A stretch of 63,898 nucleotides of DNA, filler included, from Octopus bimaculoides (taxonomy: Eukaryota): the NCBI RefSeq assembly GCF_001194135.2. It is 6 parts of 6 records of this genome, joined end to end, with 100 filler letters (N's around TTAATTAATTAA, not from the genome) between each part and the next. Parts side by side here need not be neighbours in the genome. Positions count along the whole stretch, not along the records: positions 1 to 25,203 come from NC_068988.1; 5 more parts are not named here. One strand, given 5' to 3'. Each line of letters starts with the position of its first letter. Within the stretch, counting starts at the first letter, position 1. The notes beneath the pieces are model-generated. The model saw only the letters and a list, made by a program, of their open reading frames with translations. It searched no databases and was not told where the DNA came from. A program made the position numbers and the translations under genes. Below, piece after piece: positions 12,266 through 24,837 of the stretch.

Positions 12266-15021
12266 CTGAAACAATGAAGAAAAGTTACCAGGTGAAACAA
12301 GAGCTGTGGGGGAAAATTCAGACAAGTAAGATATTAACTTGGTTAATTGAATATAACAAAATATTCTGTGACAAGATAACTACAATATCTAATCAGATTC
12401 TTTTATATTCTTGAAGTAAAAATGTTTTCATACTTCATTCCTACAGGAGATGTAAAGTAAAATGAGCAATATCCATACATTAATTAATTAGAGCACAAGT
12501 GACGGAAAATATCTGCTATTCAACAAGACCAATTCTATAAAATGGTCACACCCGATCAAAAAGTATTCCGACATCGAAGTGGTACCCATTTATCGACCCT
12601 GAATTCGGAAACGCGAAGCTAAATCCCGAACAAGCGCAATACTAGCAACATAGATGCTCGAAACATTATTTTACCTCTTCGCCTACTATACTCTCAGATC
12701 ACACATTCAATAATATAGTTCTAAATACCCGTAAAAAGATGGGATGGTCACAACTTTCAATTAACGTCAGCCTGGTGCTAAATGATAACAAAATATGTTG
12801 ATTCAATATAATGTTTATTTCTCTCCCCTTGACGATTATGTCTGGACCGAAACACCGACTCTCAAACCGGTGGATGGTGATGAATATATATTCATTACAA
12901 ATGCAAGAAGGGATACAATGGAATTTTTCAGAACTTTATCTTATTGTAATTTCTAAATTCCTTTCCACAAACACTGACAGTTTATAAACATAAGCTTTTT
13001 ATTTTCCAATCAGTTATTCTTCAAACTATCCAAACCGCCTGAAGATTTCAAATTCGAGTTGCTTCCCATTTTAATTTTCCACGTTGAAATCATCCAGAAT
13101 ATGCAAAATCGAAACTGCTACGTATTTTGTATATACACGGTGCATTAAAAAAGTCTCAACAGGCATTCCAATTGTGAACATCCAGTTGATATATCACTTA
13201 CTATATATGCAATGGAACGAACGAGCGAGATGCATCTATCTGGGAGAGGATCAAGTGATATTAAAACACGAGCGCATACTGTGAGGGCCCGTCAAACATG
13301 CTACCCACGAAAATCGGACGCAAAATGATCACTATATATATATGGATGCATGTTTCTTTCATTTAAACCATATGTACGTATAGGGAAAAAAACCCCATTA
13401 AACTGGATGTCCACGTCTGAACCTGTGTTATTCTTTATAGCAGTAATTGAAATTTCTTAAAAAAAAGTAAAATCTTATAAAACATATGTTCTCGCAGCAG
13501 CACATACACACAAACTAAGTTAACAAAATCCTAAGTACATTTCGCAGTTACTGCTTGGGCTTTGTAATTTATTCCGGAATCGTTTTTATGACAATAAAAT
13601 AAGAAACTTAGTCAAATTTAGACGATGTGTGCAGATGACTAGATTAACTTATGTATTCATGATATTGATCTTGGAAGGGTCAAATTTAGTGACGACCCTT
13701 GACTGAATTTGAACGCAGATTTTGCGAACCCATCGCTGTCAAATAGCTTATTGTTCATAGCATAAGTATTTTATTTTATCGATGCCGCAGGGATGAAAGG
13801 CAGGGTTGAGTTTGGCGGGATTTGAAGAGCCGGAAGAAATATTTTAAGGCCTCAGAAAGTCTGCCCTTCAAGTAAATTCATTAAGTTGAACCGTTTGGCA
13901 GAGCGTTAGATAAAGTACCTTGCGGTACTCTACGCTAAGGTCAAATTCCATGGTCGAGAAAATTCTAGTCCTGGAATCGATTCTTTCTCAGAATTAATTG
14001 CGCTACGCCGCGAGACCATCCTATAGTAAAAAAATAATGACATCATTGAGAATGCTTCTATAACCTGAAAAATAAAAACTTTTTAAAATCCACAAGTGGA
14101 AGGAGATACTAAAATTCGGGATAATATATTAATCGAGCTTCCACACAATTATTGGTTGATCCCTTTCATACGTGTGACCTTTGATTAATGTTTGAAAGAT
14201 CGCTTATAACATTATCCCGCGAAAAAAAAACCCAATTTTTTTTTTGTCTCAATTGATTCATAAACTTTTCTTCGATATTGTTCTCGAGGAAACAGATTTC
14301 TTAATATTGTTTAACGAATCCTCTGCGCTTTAAAAAAAAAATTTTTTATTTGTCATTATTTTCTTTTCTAAAATAAAATAAAATGTTTGTTTGTAATTAT
14401 AAAAACCCCGAATTGAAGATTCTTCGTGGTTTGATAAATAACCGCCTAAATATATGCCATCGGTCCTGAAACAAATAACGTTACGTTGTAGAATTTCATT
14501 CGATCAGCAAAGAGCGCCAGATGAAGAAAAACAAACAATGTTGAAATAGATTTAAAAAGGAGGGGAGAATATTAAGATGGCGCGATATCGATAATCGGTA
14601 GACTTCAGAGTTAGCAGTTAATACACAAGAAAAGGAAACTATAAAGGATCATGTACAAAGAACCTGGATCCGATCATTGCATCCACTTGTAGGGAAACAA
14701 GTTTGCTAGCTTAATTCGAAGCGATCGAGGTTCAGAAGAATTCCAATTCGTACTGGAAATCTTATTTTTAATTAAATCTAAATCAATAAGCATTGGTCTT
14801 AATGTGTAAAATAAATAAAAATGTGAAATTAATAAATCTGAAGAAGAAAAATGTGGTGAAAAGCTTTGGTAGCATGCCGCTAAAATAGAATAATATAAAC
14901 GGTAAGGCCTGATGAATGATTGTCAAGTGAGTGAAATAAATTACAGCAGAGCAGTTTAGATTTCAGTTTCGCAAGCAACAAGAAATATACGATAAAAAAA
15001 AACTGATGTGATAATACGAAC

Positions 15022-15101
15022 TTGTTCCTGCGCGGAGTGGTCATTCTATTATCAGTAAAAGATACATTATGAATGGAAGTGGCATCCGATAAAGAGTCCA
15101 T
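15022..15101 (-). CDS. SLBP: SLBP exon 1 (putative start MDSLSDATSIHNVSFTDNRMTTPRRN-K; alternative ATG at 15044)
   Basis: ATG at 15101-15099, open to donor AA|GTTCGT at 15021. Phase 2 matches exon 2. Lies next to the E2F/NRF1 motif cluster. The donor is weak and the N-terminus is poorly conserved. Confidence 0.55.
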
Positions 15102-15136
15102 GTTAGTGTTTGTATGCCTGGCAATCAACTGATAAG

Positions 15137-15161
15137 TTCCCGCCAAACATGGCGCATGCGC
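15137..15161. promoter_or_regulatory. E2F + YY1-like + NRF1 motif cluster
   Basis: TTCCCGCCAAA (15137-15147; TTTGGCGGGAA on minus), AAACATGGCG (15145-15154), palindromic GCGCATGCGC (15152-15161). Confidence 0.6.
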
Positions 15162-15339
15162 TTCGGACTCAAAATCGAAATAAAAGATCTAATTATTTTT
15201 TTATATAAAGCCTAGATTTAGAATTGAAATCACAATTAAGACGGATGTAAATGAACAAAATATATTTTTCTAGAGATTTTAATTTTCAAGTGTGTATAAC
15301 TATATGCAATCAGGGGAGCTGTGTAAATACTGGTTGTTG

Positions 15340-15380
15340 ATTGGTTCGAATAAATTTATGTTTGAAAATTGTGGCGCCGA
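15340..15380. promoter_or_regulatory. Inverted CCAAT box and CHR-like TTTGAA upstream of Cdc25
   Basis: ATTGG at 15340-15344, TTTGAA at 15361-15366, followed by GTGGCGCCG. These short motifs are common in AT-rich DNA. Confidence 0.35.
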
Positions 15381-15839
15381 CGTTTTCTTAGCATTCCTTG
15401 TTAGTTGACCAAGATAGTCTTAGGCCAGTCGCCACCCTAGTGCTCTTTTAGCACACCGAATTGGCGTTAAAAACCACGAATGTACATTTACACGTCATCT
15501 GCGATAATAACTATTTGTAACGTTTATTTATTTACCCTATAACAAACAAAAAAAAACCCCACAAAACGCCTGTGCCTCTTAGTTTGTAGAAAAAAAAATA
15601 AGGTTGAATGAGTTTTTTTTAAAATTATTTAATCACGCCTACAGCTATTTACTAAACACTTCTTTGTGGTTGAGATAATCGGTATTAAACCCTCTTGGAG
15701 AGATTTAGAGACACGAGGACAGCGTTAACTAGAAATTTCTGTTGATATTTACCAGAAAGTCTAGTTTTGAGTAGTTCTTGCTTGTTATAATCGTAAATAT
15801 ATCGAATTTCAGCTAAGCACCATCGTTTAAACTCTTGAA

Positions 15840-15976
15840 ATGTCTAGTTTTGGAAGATCGTTACAAATAATGGCTTTAGATTGTAATTCGTCGATAACTA
15901 AAGGCGAAAACAATGGAAACTTGCATTCCCCTGTTACAAATCTGGCGATGAACCTAAGTGAACTTCGAACTGACAG
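15840..15976 (+). CDS. cdc25: Probable Cdc25 (M-phase inducer phosphatase) exon 1 (MSSFGRSLQIMALDCNSSITKGENNGNLHSPVTNLAMNLSELRTD-R; second in-frame ATG at 15870)
   Basis: SPVTNLAMNL resembles the CDC25A N-terminal SPVTNLTVTM. Donor AG|GTAAAT at 15977. Confidence 0.7.
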
Positions 15977-18900
15977 GTAAATCATTTTTCTTTTTATAAT
16001 TAAACTTCATCATATGGTGTTTAGCTTTGTTTTCTTTTTGCTGCCTCTCTTGATGAAACACTTCGAAATTATTTAGAATTGACGAATAATTTTTTATTTT
16101 ATTCCTTCTATGTCTAATGCTTAATGTATTACCAAAAGTAATTTATAAATTAACATGATTTAGTTGTTTAATATATCTTTTAATTTTGGACACTAAACTT
16201 TTTCTAGCGTTGTTTTTTTCTATTTTTTTAGTTGCGTTTTGTATATTTATTTTGAGTAAAATTAATTTGAGGACATTCATAAACGGAAAGTATTATATTC
16301 ACGTGTCTCAGCACGTTTAGTTTGATGTATTATTGTTGCATGTGTGAATTAATTTCCCTAAAGACAATCAGTTTAAAGTTGTTGGTTTGTTTGGTGTCAA
16401 CCAATCGGTGTCAACTCCTCTCACTCACTCTCTCTCTACTGACACTCATCACGTTTCAATTAGTTCTGCCCTTAGTCTTAGATAAAAGGGGTTGCTTTAC
16501 TCTTTCCCTCGTTTTCTCTCTCTCTCTCTCCATTTCTTCAGGAAAGGATTGCTTTACTCTGCTCTCTCACCAATTTTCTGTTTTCGTAATGACGACAAAC
16601 AATGTTAGGGTTTCAAATTTGAAATTGTCACCCCTCCCTCCATCCCCGCCTGGCCTATATATGTAACTTATCAAAGTTTGAAAATTGATTAGTTCATTAA
16701 CTGGTTCAAGTCAGTTGGATCGATTTTTACTTTATCGACGCTTAAAAATAAAAAAAAAGGTCGATCTCGGCAGGATTTGAACTCGGGGCTGAGAGGAACA
16801 TAGATGTTGAAATACATTGAGTTAACTGGAGCGCTTTACTTTCTTGGCTACCTAATAATCACTTCATAAAATATTAAATAAGAAAATTCAACCTTCTCTC
16901 TTTTTGTTCTTAGTTTTTAAATTTAGTACTTTCTAAACATAGGAATTTATATATTTTGATTTCAAATTTAATTACTCTGAAGTTATCTATTTTGCAATAT
17001 AAAAACCCTTGGTATATTTCATAACAAAGTTGATTACATTAAGTGATGCAATATTTTTCTCAAGATTCTGTTTTGAGCAGGGCTTTAAAATTCTCTTGTC
17101 TCATGTTCTGTATTATTATTCTTGACTTAATGCTAAATGAAAATTTATTAAAAATTGAATTTCTTTAGTCAAAAGTAATTCGCAAAATTTTTTTAATTTC
17201 CTAGTTATTTTTTTGCTGAAACTACTTTTTTTTTTTTTTTAAATATCCCATCTATTACAATGTACTGATTCCTATAACCGACTTATCACATTACTTTCTT
17301 TGTTGCTCAGCTTGGAAACAAAATATTTTGATAAACCCGTTCTTCAAAAACGACAAATTTGGGAGGAAATATATATATATTTTTTATATTGGAAGGCTTA
17401 CTCGTAAGATTTAAAGAAAAAAAAATCCGTTAGGGTTCATAACCAGTCATGATTAAGTTTCAGTCTTACACTTTTTATATTTTACTGTGATTTTCATTTT
17501 TGTTCAGCATCCATCCGTAAATGAAGTCATTGTGTTCTCATACAGGACCATGACTTGTGAGCATATATGCTACTGAACAAGTCAGCTCTTAACTGATGAC
17601 GAATTGTACATATCCAGTTTTGTCCTCTATTTACATGCACTTGTAATTATGTCACCTGTTTGAATAACTAATTCGCGCCATAAACGTCGACTACGTTCGT
17701 AAATTGGTAAAAAGTTGCTGTAAAGCTTCAATTGATATCTGAGCAATGGAGTAACTCCTCTGGCTCAAATTTGAAATTGCTCACCAATTAATATTTGAAC
17801 TAGAATCTCTTGATTTGAAACTTTATCCATAAAGAACATTACATTGAATGAGCAATTATTTTAACCACAATTTCCAAGATAAATGATAAGAGAATGGTAA
17901 ATTAGAAGCTGTATAGGTGTAATTGTTTAAGATATCCTCTTTTCCAGTGATCTCTCAACCTTATGACAATTTGTCTCCTGTTGGAGAACTTGCTACTCAA
18001 ATTCGTCACCTTGGTCATCCAATGGCTCATTTCAGGGCATTATACTTATAAATCTATTTTAACATTACCATTTATTTGATGATACTGTTTAAAAATCACG
18101 CATTGTACCCTTATTTCACATTTTTCAAAATAAACCCTTTTTGTTGTCAACTTCATCGTGCAGGAATCTTTCTGAACAGAACTTGCTATGGTAATGACCT
18201 AAAATACAGCTCTTCTTTTGAAATGTTTTATTGTGTTGCACTGTTAAAAAAGGACAAACTAGTATTGTAATCTGTTTTGAAATTCTAACAATAAAGAGCA
18301 ATACGTGTAACTTTTGTGACAAATTATTTGTAAGAATGAGTCGCGGAATGTAAATACATATCTAATGAAAAGTAATTGGACTAGAAATAAACCTTTCAAG
18401 TCTAGGCACAAAGCCTGAAATTTTGAGGGAGGGGGCAAGAGGATTATATCAACTCCTGTGCTCAATTGGTTCTTATTTCATCGACCTCGGTAGAATTTCG
18501 ACCAGAACCTGATGTTGGAGAAGCAGCTAAGCATTTTTGTCTGGTGTGCTCACTCACGATCTAACCAGCTCATCGCCTTTTGCGCTAGAAATGTTAAAAT
18601 GTCGAACAATGAAGTTGAGTGATTTAGAAATAAGTCTTAAATTGTTCATGATTAATAGGCGCAGACATGGCTATGTGGTTAAGAAAATGGTTTTACAGCC
18701 ACGAGGTTTCCTGTTCAGTTTCACTGTGCGGCACTTTGTGTAAATGTTTCCCCCACCTCTTGATTACGTCCTCGTAACTTAGCTGTTTGGCAAAAAGAGA
18801 GCGATAGTATAAGTATTGGACTTAAAAAATAAGTACAGGGTCGATTTATTTGACTTAAACCCTTCAAGGTGTTTCAGTATGATTGCAGTAAAAGATAACT

Positions 18901-19369
18901 GAAACAAGTAAAAGATTAAACATTTGCTAAGTACTGCAATTGAAAACTCGCCATTACCGCACCCTATTCACCGCATTCCAAATACGATCCCTGCGAGGGA
19001 ACCTATATGTGGCTGTTGGTCCCCCTAGAAATAACAACCAATCCTCCGCATTTGTTTTCGAATGTATTCCTCCACCTCCGAGGAACTTTTTTGTAGTTTC
19101 TTTTTAAAACGGTCTTCAGATTTCTATGTTTTGAATTTTAGAAATTCAGAATGTTGGGGCAAAATGTATGAAATTGTTATCGGTTTGGCTATTTCGTTGA
19201 AGGCAAACTTGGCTATTTTGAACTTAAAACTATGAACTTTCTGGTTGCTCTACATTATATGTTTAACATTTATTGAAATTTCCTAAAATTTGTTAAAGGT
19301 ATTTTTTAATTAAATTTTTTGCTCATAAAAGCTTAAATGCCAGTTAAGTCTTTCATTTGAAGGACTGGA

Positions 19370-19850
19370 AGACATTGTGGCTGTGTAGTAAGAAGGTTGC
19401 TTCCCAGTCACATTGTTCCGGATTCAGTCCCTTTGCGTGGCTGACCAAAGCCTTGTGAATGGATTTGGTAGACGGAAACTGAAAGAAGCCCGCCGTATGT
19501 ATGTGTGTGTGTGTGTGTAGCATTCCTTCATTTGTAGCAACGCATGCGTATTAGTTTTTTAACTCCCGGGAAAAATGGAGTCTTACGTTTCCAGCTTACG
19601 CTCTTCGGCAGAAAGAAATAAAAAGAGAATTTAAAAAATGTGTGTGTCTGTCTGTCCCCCTGTCATAGCTTGACAACAGATGCTGGTGTATGTATGTCCC
19701 CGTAGCTGGATCTATTGAATAGATCCCCGTAACTTAACGGTTTGGCAAAAGCGAGCGATAGAATAAGTACTAGGCTTACAAGGAATAAGCTCTGGGGTCG
19801 ATTTCTTCGACTAAAACCCAGCATGACCGCAGACAACTGAGACAAGAAAA
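19370..19850 (+). mobile_element. SINE family B copy in Cdc25 intron 1
   Basis: Both halves homologous to 50878-51312, with about 120 bp of extra central sequence. Confidence 0.75.
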
Positions 19851-20529
19851 TTCTTTCAGATTTTAAAATTTTATTCAAGAGACCCTTGCCTCCAGTAACG
19901 CCAGTCTCTATGCTTTTCTTTCGGGGTCATTGTCCTTTTAAGAGATGCTGTTAACAAGTCATTCTGTTCTTGAAATTTTATTGGACAATTAAACTGGTTC
20001 TTTAAATGTCCTGATTTTGATTACGTTATAGTTGTTAGTATGAATGGTAGATGTTTGGAATGGCTATCTGTCCTTCGAAGTCCCATATTTTTATGAAAGT
20101 GGAGGAGGTAAAATTGTAAAAGAAAAAGAAATAAAGGGGGGGGGACCCGAAAATTTTGGAGAATATTTGAAAAAAATTATGGCTAAAAAAAAAAAACGTT
20201 TTTCTTATCTTATGAATCATGGTACTTTGAAGGCATTTTTTTTTTCACTGAAACAACACTGTAGGGACTTAGTAAATTGCGAGTAAAATTATTTCTCTAG
20301 CATATGTAATTTAAATTGAAAGAACGATCTTGCCGAAACGGTTATAACGCCCTTTAAGCAATGGGAGTTTGTATCCGGTTATGCGTTGTCACTGAGCAAT
20401 ACTTGAAATTTGTTCCTGATTTCGATATCAAGAAGTGACCACGCTTCGGTGGTTTACTGTTCTGTTAAGGCGGATTTAATTGTTGGAGTATATGTTTGGA
20501 AAGGTCATTACCTTTACATTTCGATACAA

Positions 20530-20710
20530 GGCAAGCCAGTTGTATGGGGAAGAAGTCAGTCGATTAAATCGACCCCAGTGCTCACTGTTATTTTATTGGC
20601 ATCCGAAAGGATGCGGTTAAAGTTAACCTGGGTGGGATTTGAACTCAGAACGTAAGGAGCCGGAAGAATTGCCGCTAAACATTTTGTCCGTCGCGCTAAC
20701 GATTCTGCCA
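20530..20710 (-). mobile_element. tRNA-derived SINE family A
   Basis: Head TGGCAGAATCGTTAGCGCG and B-box-like GAGTTCAAATCC on minus. Degenerate or partial copies near 1830-1900, 12525-12680, 13700-13830, 16690-16850, 18385-18560, 25770-25900, 28030-28185, 42490-42615 and 62340-62780. Confidence 0.75.
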
Positions 20711-20811
20711 TGTCACTAACGATTCAGATCAAAATAGATAAATAAATATTTTGACGTTTTCGAACTGATTATTTATTTACAGTGTGAATATGGTTTAATT
20801 TATGTTTGCAG

Positions 20812-20870
20812 GTCAACTCCCAAAAGACGTTTATCGCTAAATACCGTGGATAGTGGGCCAATATTATCAG
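20812..20870 (+). CDS. cdc25: Probable Cdc25 exon 2 (STPKRRLSLNTVDSGPILS-D)
   Basis: Acceptor ttatgtttgcag|, donor AG|GTAATT, phase 2-1, compatible with exon 1. TPKRRLSL resembles CDC25C TPKRCLDL. Confidence 0.7.
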
Positions 20871-21287
20871 GTAATTTTAATGTTTAATTTCTTCCAAGAT
20901 TTTAAAGAGAGACAGGTATCAAGAATTCAATTTTTGAATTGCGAACTTCTTACATTGCAAATATCATTTTCAAATTTTTGTGATCAATGATAAGAAAGAC
21001 ATTTTTCTTTTTCAGCGTTATCGATTTAATAAAAGTGTCTTTTAATGACAATATATTTATTTCTAGAGTTTCTTTGTAAAAAGAAAAATATTCTAAGTAG
21101 TTTGTGTGTTGACTTCATCTGCGTGCATGGGTCTATATGGTTAATGTTTATAATATCTTAATGCATTTAATATCTTATTTAGTTGGTGTGGTTTAACTAC
21201 ACTGGGGGGAATTAATTTGTTTTCTTCACGATTTATTAATTAGCTTTAAGAATTTAATTTTTCTTTCCTTATAATTGTATTTCTCAG

Positions 21288-21339
21288 ATTGTTTTAAAGA
21301 CTCTCCGACTCCGTTTTATTCACCTTCCGAGGAATATAG
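21288..21339 (+). CDS. cdc25: Probable Cdc25 exon 3 (CFKDSPTPFYSPSEEY-R)
   Basis: Acceptor gtatttctcag|, donor AG|GTGAGT, phase 1-2, open. SP/TP-rich like the Cdc25 regulatory region. Confidence 0.65.
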
Positions 21340-22763
21340 GTGAGTTTGATAGCCCTCCCACGAGAAACGATTTTATATTTTCATATCTAGGTATTTTGCA
21401 TTATATAATTGCCAAATATATATTTCGTTTTTTTTCTTTTTCTTTCAATAATGAATTAACAATATTGTATTAACCCTTGCTTTTTTGTTAAACTCTGACA
21501 TTTGATAAATAGCCTGTTTATTTGTACAAATTGTTTAATAGTATAATAATTATATATGAATGAAAAATTGTATGATTTTAATCAAAAACTTGTATTAAAT
21601 TCTTTAACAGTAATTTTTTCATTTTAGTGAATGTTTTCATGAGTTTTAGTATCGGAGTAAGAAGATTTAGTAACTTGAACGAATGGAGAATAATGGTTTT
21701 GTTCAAAGTGGAACCCAATATTTATAGCTTATGTGTTGTATGTCTGTTAAATTAGTGTTGTTACTTAGTCCTCTCCCTTAATTTTTCTAGGAGACAGCTG
21801 ATTCTATTCACATTGTCTCAGCTGTTCTTTACCTCTTTACTATAATCATGTAAGTAGCGGAGGCAGAAAACAAAGGCTTCACAGGGCATGCACTTCAGAA
21901 ACTAGCCTATTGTTAGAGCAACCAATCGAATTGCTTGCTATAGCCAAATGCTGTGGACACGGGTAGAGAGAGAGATGCTTTGCAAGATTAGAATAGTGTC
22001 CTAAACCAGCTGGTGGCTATTTTCTTTTTTCTAAAGAAAAGATTCCTAAGGGGAGTAGACAAGCTTATCAATATATTTTTCTTTTCTTCACTCTCCCCTT
22101 CTCATACAGTGAAACATACTATTTGCTATTTAAACAAAGGACATGAGAAAAAATTCCTATGTNNNNNNNNNNNNNNNNNNNNNNNNNNNNNNNNNNNNNN
22201 NNNNNNNNNNNNNNNNNNNNNNNNNNNNNNNNNNNNNNNNNNNNNNNNNNNNNNNNNNNNNNNNNNNNNNNNNNNNNNNNNNNNNNNNNNNNNNNNNNNN
22301 NNNNNNNNNNNNNNNNNNNNNNNNNNNNNNNNNNNNNNNNNNNNNNNNNNNNNNNNNNNNNNNNNNNNNNNNNNNNNNNNNNNNNNNNNNNNNNNNNNNN
22401 NNNNNNNNNNNNNNNNNNNNNNNNNNNNNNNNNNNNNNNNNNNNNNNNNNNNNNNNNNNNNNNNNNNNNNNNNNNNNNNNNNNNNNNNNNNNNNNNNNNN
22501 NNNNNNNNNNNNNNNNNNNNNNNNNNNNNNNNNNNNNNNNNNNNNNNNNNNNNNNNNNNNNNNNNNNNNNNNNNNNNNNNNNNNNNNNNNNNNNNNNNNN
22601 NNNNNNNNNNNNNNNNNNNNNNNNNNNNNNNNNNNNNNNNNNNNNNNNNNNNNNNNNNNNNNNNNNNNNNNNNNNNNNNNNNNNNNNNNNNNNNNNNNNN
22701 NNNNNNNNNNNNNNNNNNNNNNNNNNNNNNNNNNNNNNNNNNNNNNNNNNNNNNNNNNNNNNN

Positions 22764-22805
<42 letters not shown>

Positions 22806-23982
22806 TGTGTGTCTGTCTTCCTGCCCCCATTGTTGGTGTGTTACATCCCTGTAACTTAACGGTTTGACAAGAGACCCATAGAATAAGTCCTAGGGTTGAT
22901 TTCTTCGACGAAAGGTGGTGCTCCAGCATGGTTGCAGTCAGATGACTGTGTGCTATGTCTGGTTATACATGGAAACTAATGCATTAACTAAAGGATCCCT
23001 CAACACATTTATATAGAGTATTGAATTTATTTTTACCAAAAAGAAAAAAAGATGGTGGGGACATTAAAAGTTTAGCTGTCTGTCAGCTTCAGTAGTCTGA
23101 CAAGGCCATTGAACATTGAAGCCTCAAAATAGCTGTCAGCCTTTTCCTTGTAAATGTGTGTATGTAGATGTAGGCATGGCTGTGTTGGTTAGAAGTTTGC
23201 TTCACAACCACATAATTTGGGGTTTAATTCCAATGTGCAAAGTGGGGGTGGTGGGGACACAAATGTTTTCTAATATACCCCTGGACAAGCAAGTGTTGTG
23301 AATGAATTAAGTACATTGAAACTGAAGAAAAACCTGTCGTTTTTGTGTGTGTCTTTGTCATACAAGAAGTGTTGTTTGTTTGTAACATTTGTAAAAACCT
23401 GTCCAGACTAAGGGAAAATGTTACCTTGCTTGGAGTCGAGTGATAATCCATGACAAAAAGAACAACTGACTGTAGAAAATGTGTCACAGTGAATTTTTAT
23501 GACACATGCAGGCATGGAAAAGTAGAGGGTTCAAATTATCATCATTTTATATCTATGGTTGGCATCAGGAATGGCATCCAGCTATAAAATCCATGCCAAA
23601 ACAGATACTGGGGTTTGGTGCAGTTCTCTCGTTATCCAAAACATTCTAACATGGAAGGAAGATATTAAATGATGATGATGATGGTCCTTGTGTCCTGCTG
23701 TGCAACAGCTTGGGCAAGTGTTTTCTGTGTCCCTTGGCAAACCAAAGCCTTGTAAATGGGTTTGGTAGAGGAAACTGAATGACACCTGTTTGGGTTTGAG
23801 CATTCCTTTGTTTTAACGTCCTGTGATGGTTATAAACAAGTATTAGGCTACTATCACTTTAAGGATTAAAAAAAAAAGTTTTCTTAAAAGGAAGTAATTC
23901 TGAAGCTATGTCAGAATTTTGTCTTGTATTCAGTTCTTTAAATGGCTCTGTAAATAACAGCATATTTTATGTTTGATTTCAG

Positions 23983-24007
23983 AACCAAACCACAGAATCC
24001 TTCCTTT
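23983..24007 (+). CDS. Candidate Cdc25 micro-exon 4 (TKPQNPSF)
   Basis: Acceptor gtttgatttcag|, donor TT|GTAAGT, phase 2-0, compatible with exon 3. No recognisable motif. Confidence 0.45.
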
Positions 24008-24837
24008 GTAAGTAATATTTAGTAAATCTTTGATATAGTAATTTTTTTTTCTTTGCTTATTTCACTTTGTTTGACAAATGGCATTGCTTGGATCCTTCAC
24101 ATTCTGGTGAAATTGTTGGTATTAATTGTTCTCTTGAACTTTTGTAAGTTAATGTCTTCAAAAAAGATATAACCAAGGGAGTTCTAGCGGCTCAGTTCTG
24201 TGAAGGAGAGACTGGGTATGGGGCAGGAGTAGTGGGAGGGGAGACAAATAAGTCAGGAATGCCTGAGTAGAGAGGTAGCAAGAACCCAGTCAGCTCTGAG
24301 GAGTTTAAGATCATTATAGCTGAAAAGGCTGAGATGAGATAACATACCTGTGGACCAGAGGATGGAACGCATGTGTGTGAACAACTTTATGTTAGTCAGT
24401 TAGATGTCCCTTTTCTGGATGCAGTCTCTGTTTGCAGCAGCAACAGCACCGTCTCAGTTGTGAGGGCAATCATTCTATTATGGCCTTCACCTGAGATTCA
24501 GGAAATATCAATTGTTGGAAGATGAAGTAATTTCTAGACCTAAAGAGGTGGGTTAGTCACTGAGACCTTGCCCTAGTGATGTTAAGGATAGTCTTTGATC
24601 TGGAGAGATCCTCAATAATAGTGAGATCTAACAACTGAAGCAATTTTGAAGCCTCTAACAGTCTTGATTATGATTAGAGTTTGATGGGGTTTTTTTTTTT
24701 TCTTTTTTCAGTTTCCATCTGCCAGATTTATTCATAATGCTTTGATTTCACTTGCCTTGACAGATCTTCTCAAGTACAACATATTGCCAATATAATGCGA
24801 TTTAAAAAAAAATTTTTTTATTTGTCACATGGAGGTA

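Noticed and set aside
22013-22929. Long ORFs spanning N runs (also 28269-29187, 30119-30556, 31994-33295, 44985-45800, 46112-46939, 49600-50220)
   Set aside because: Artefacts of translating gaps and (TA)n/(CA)n.
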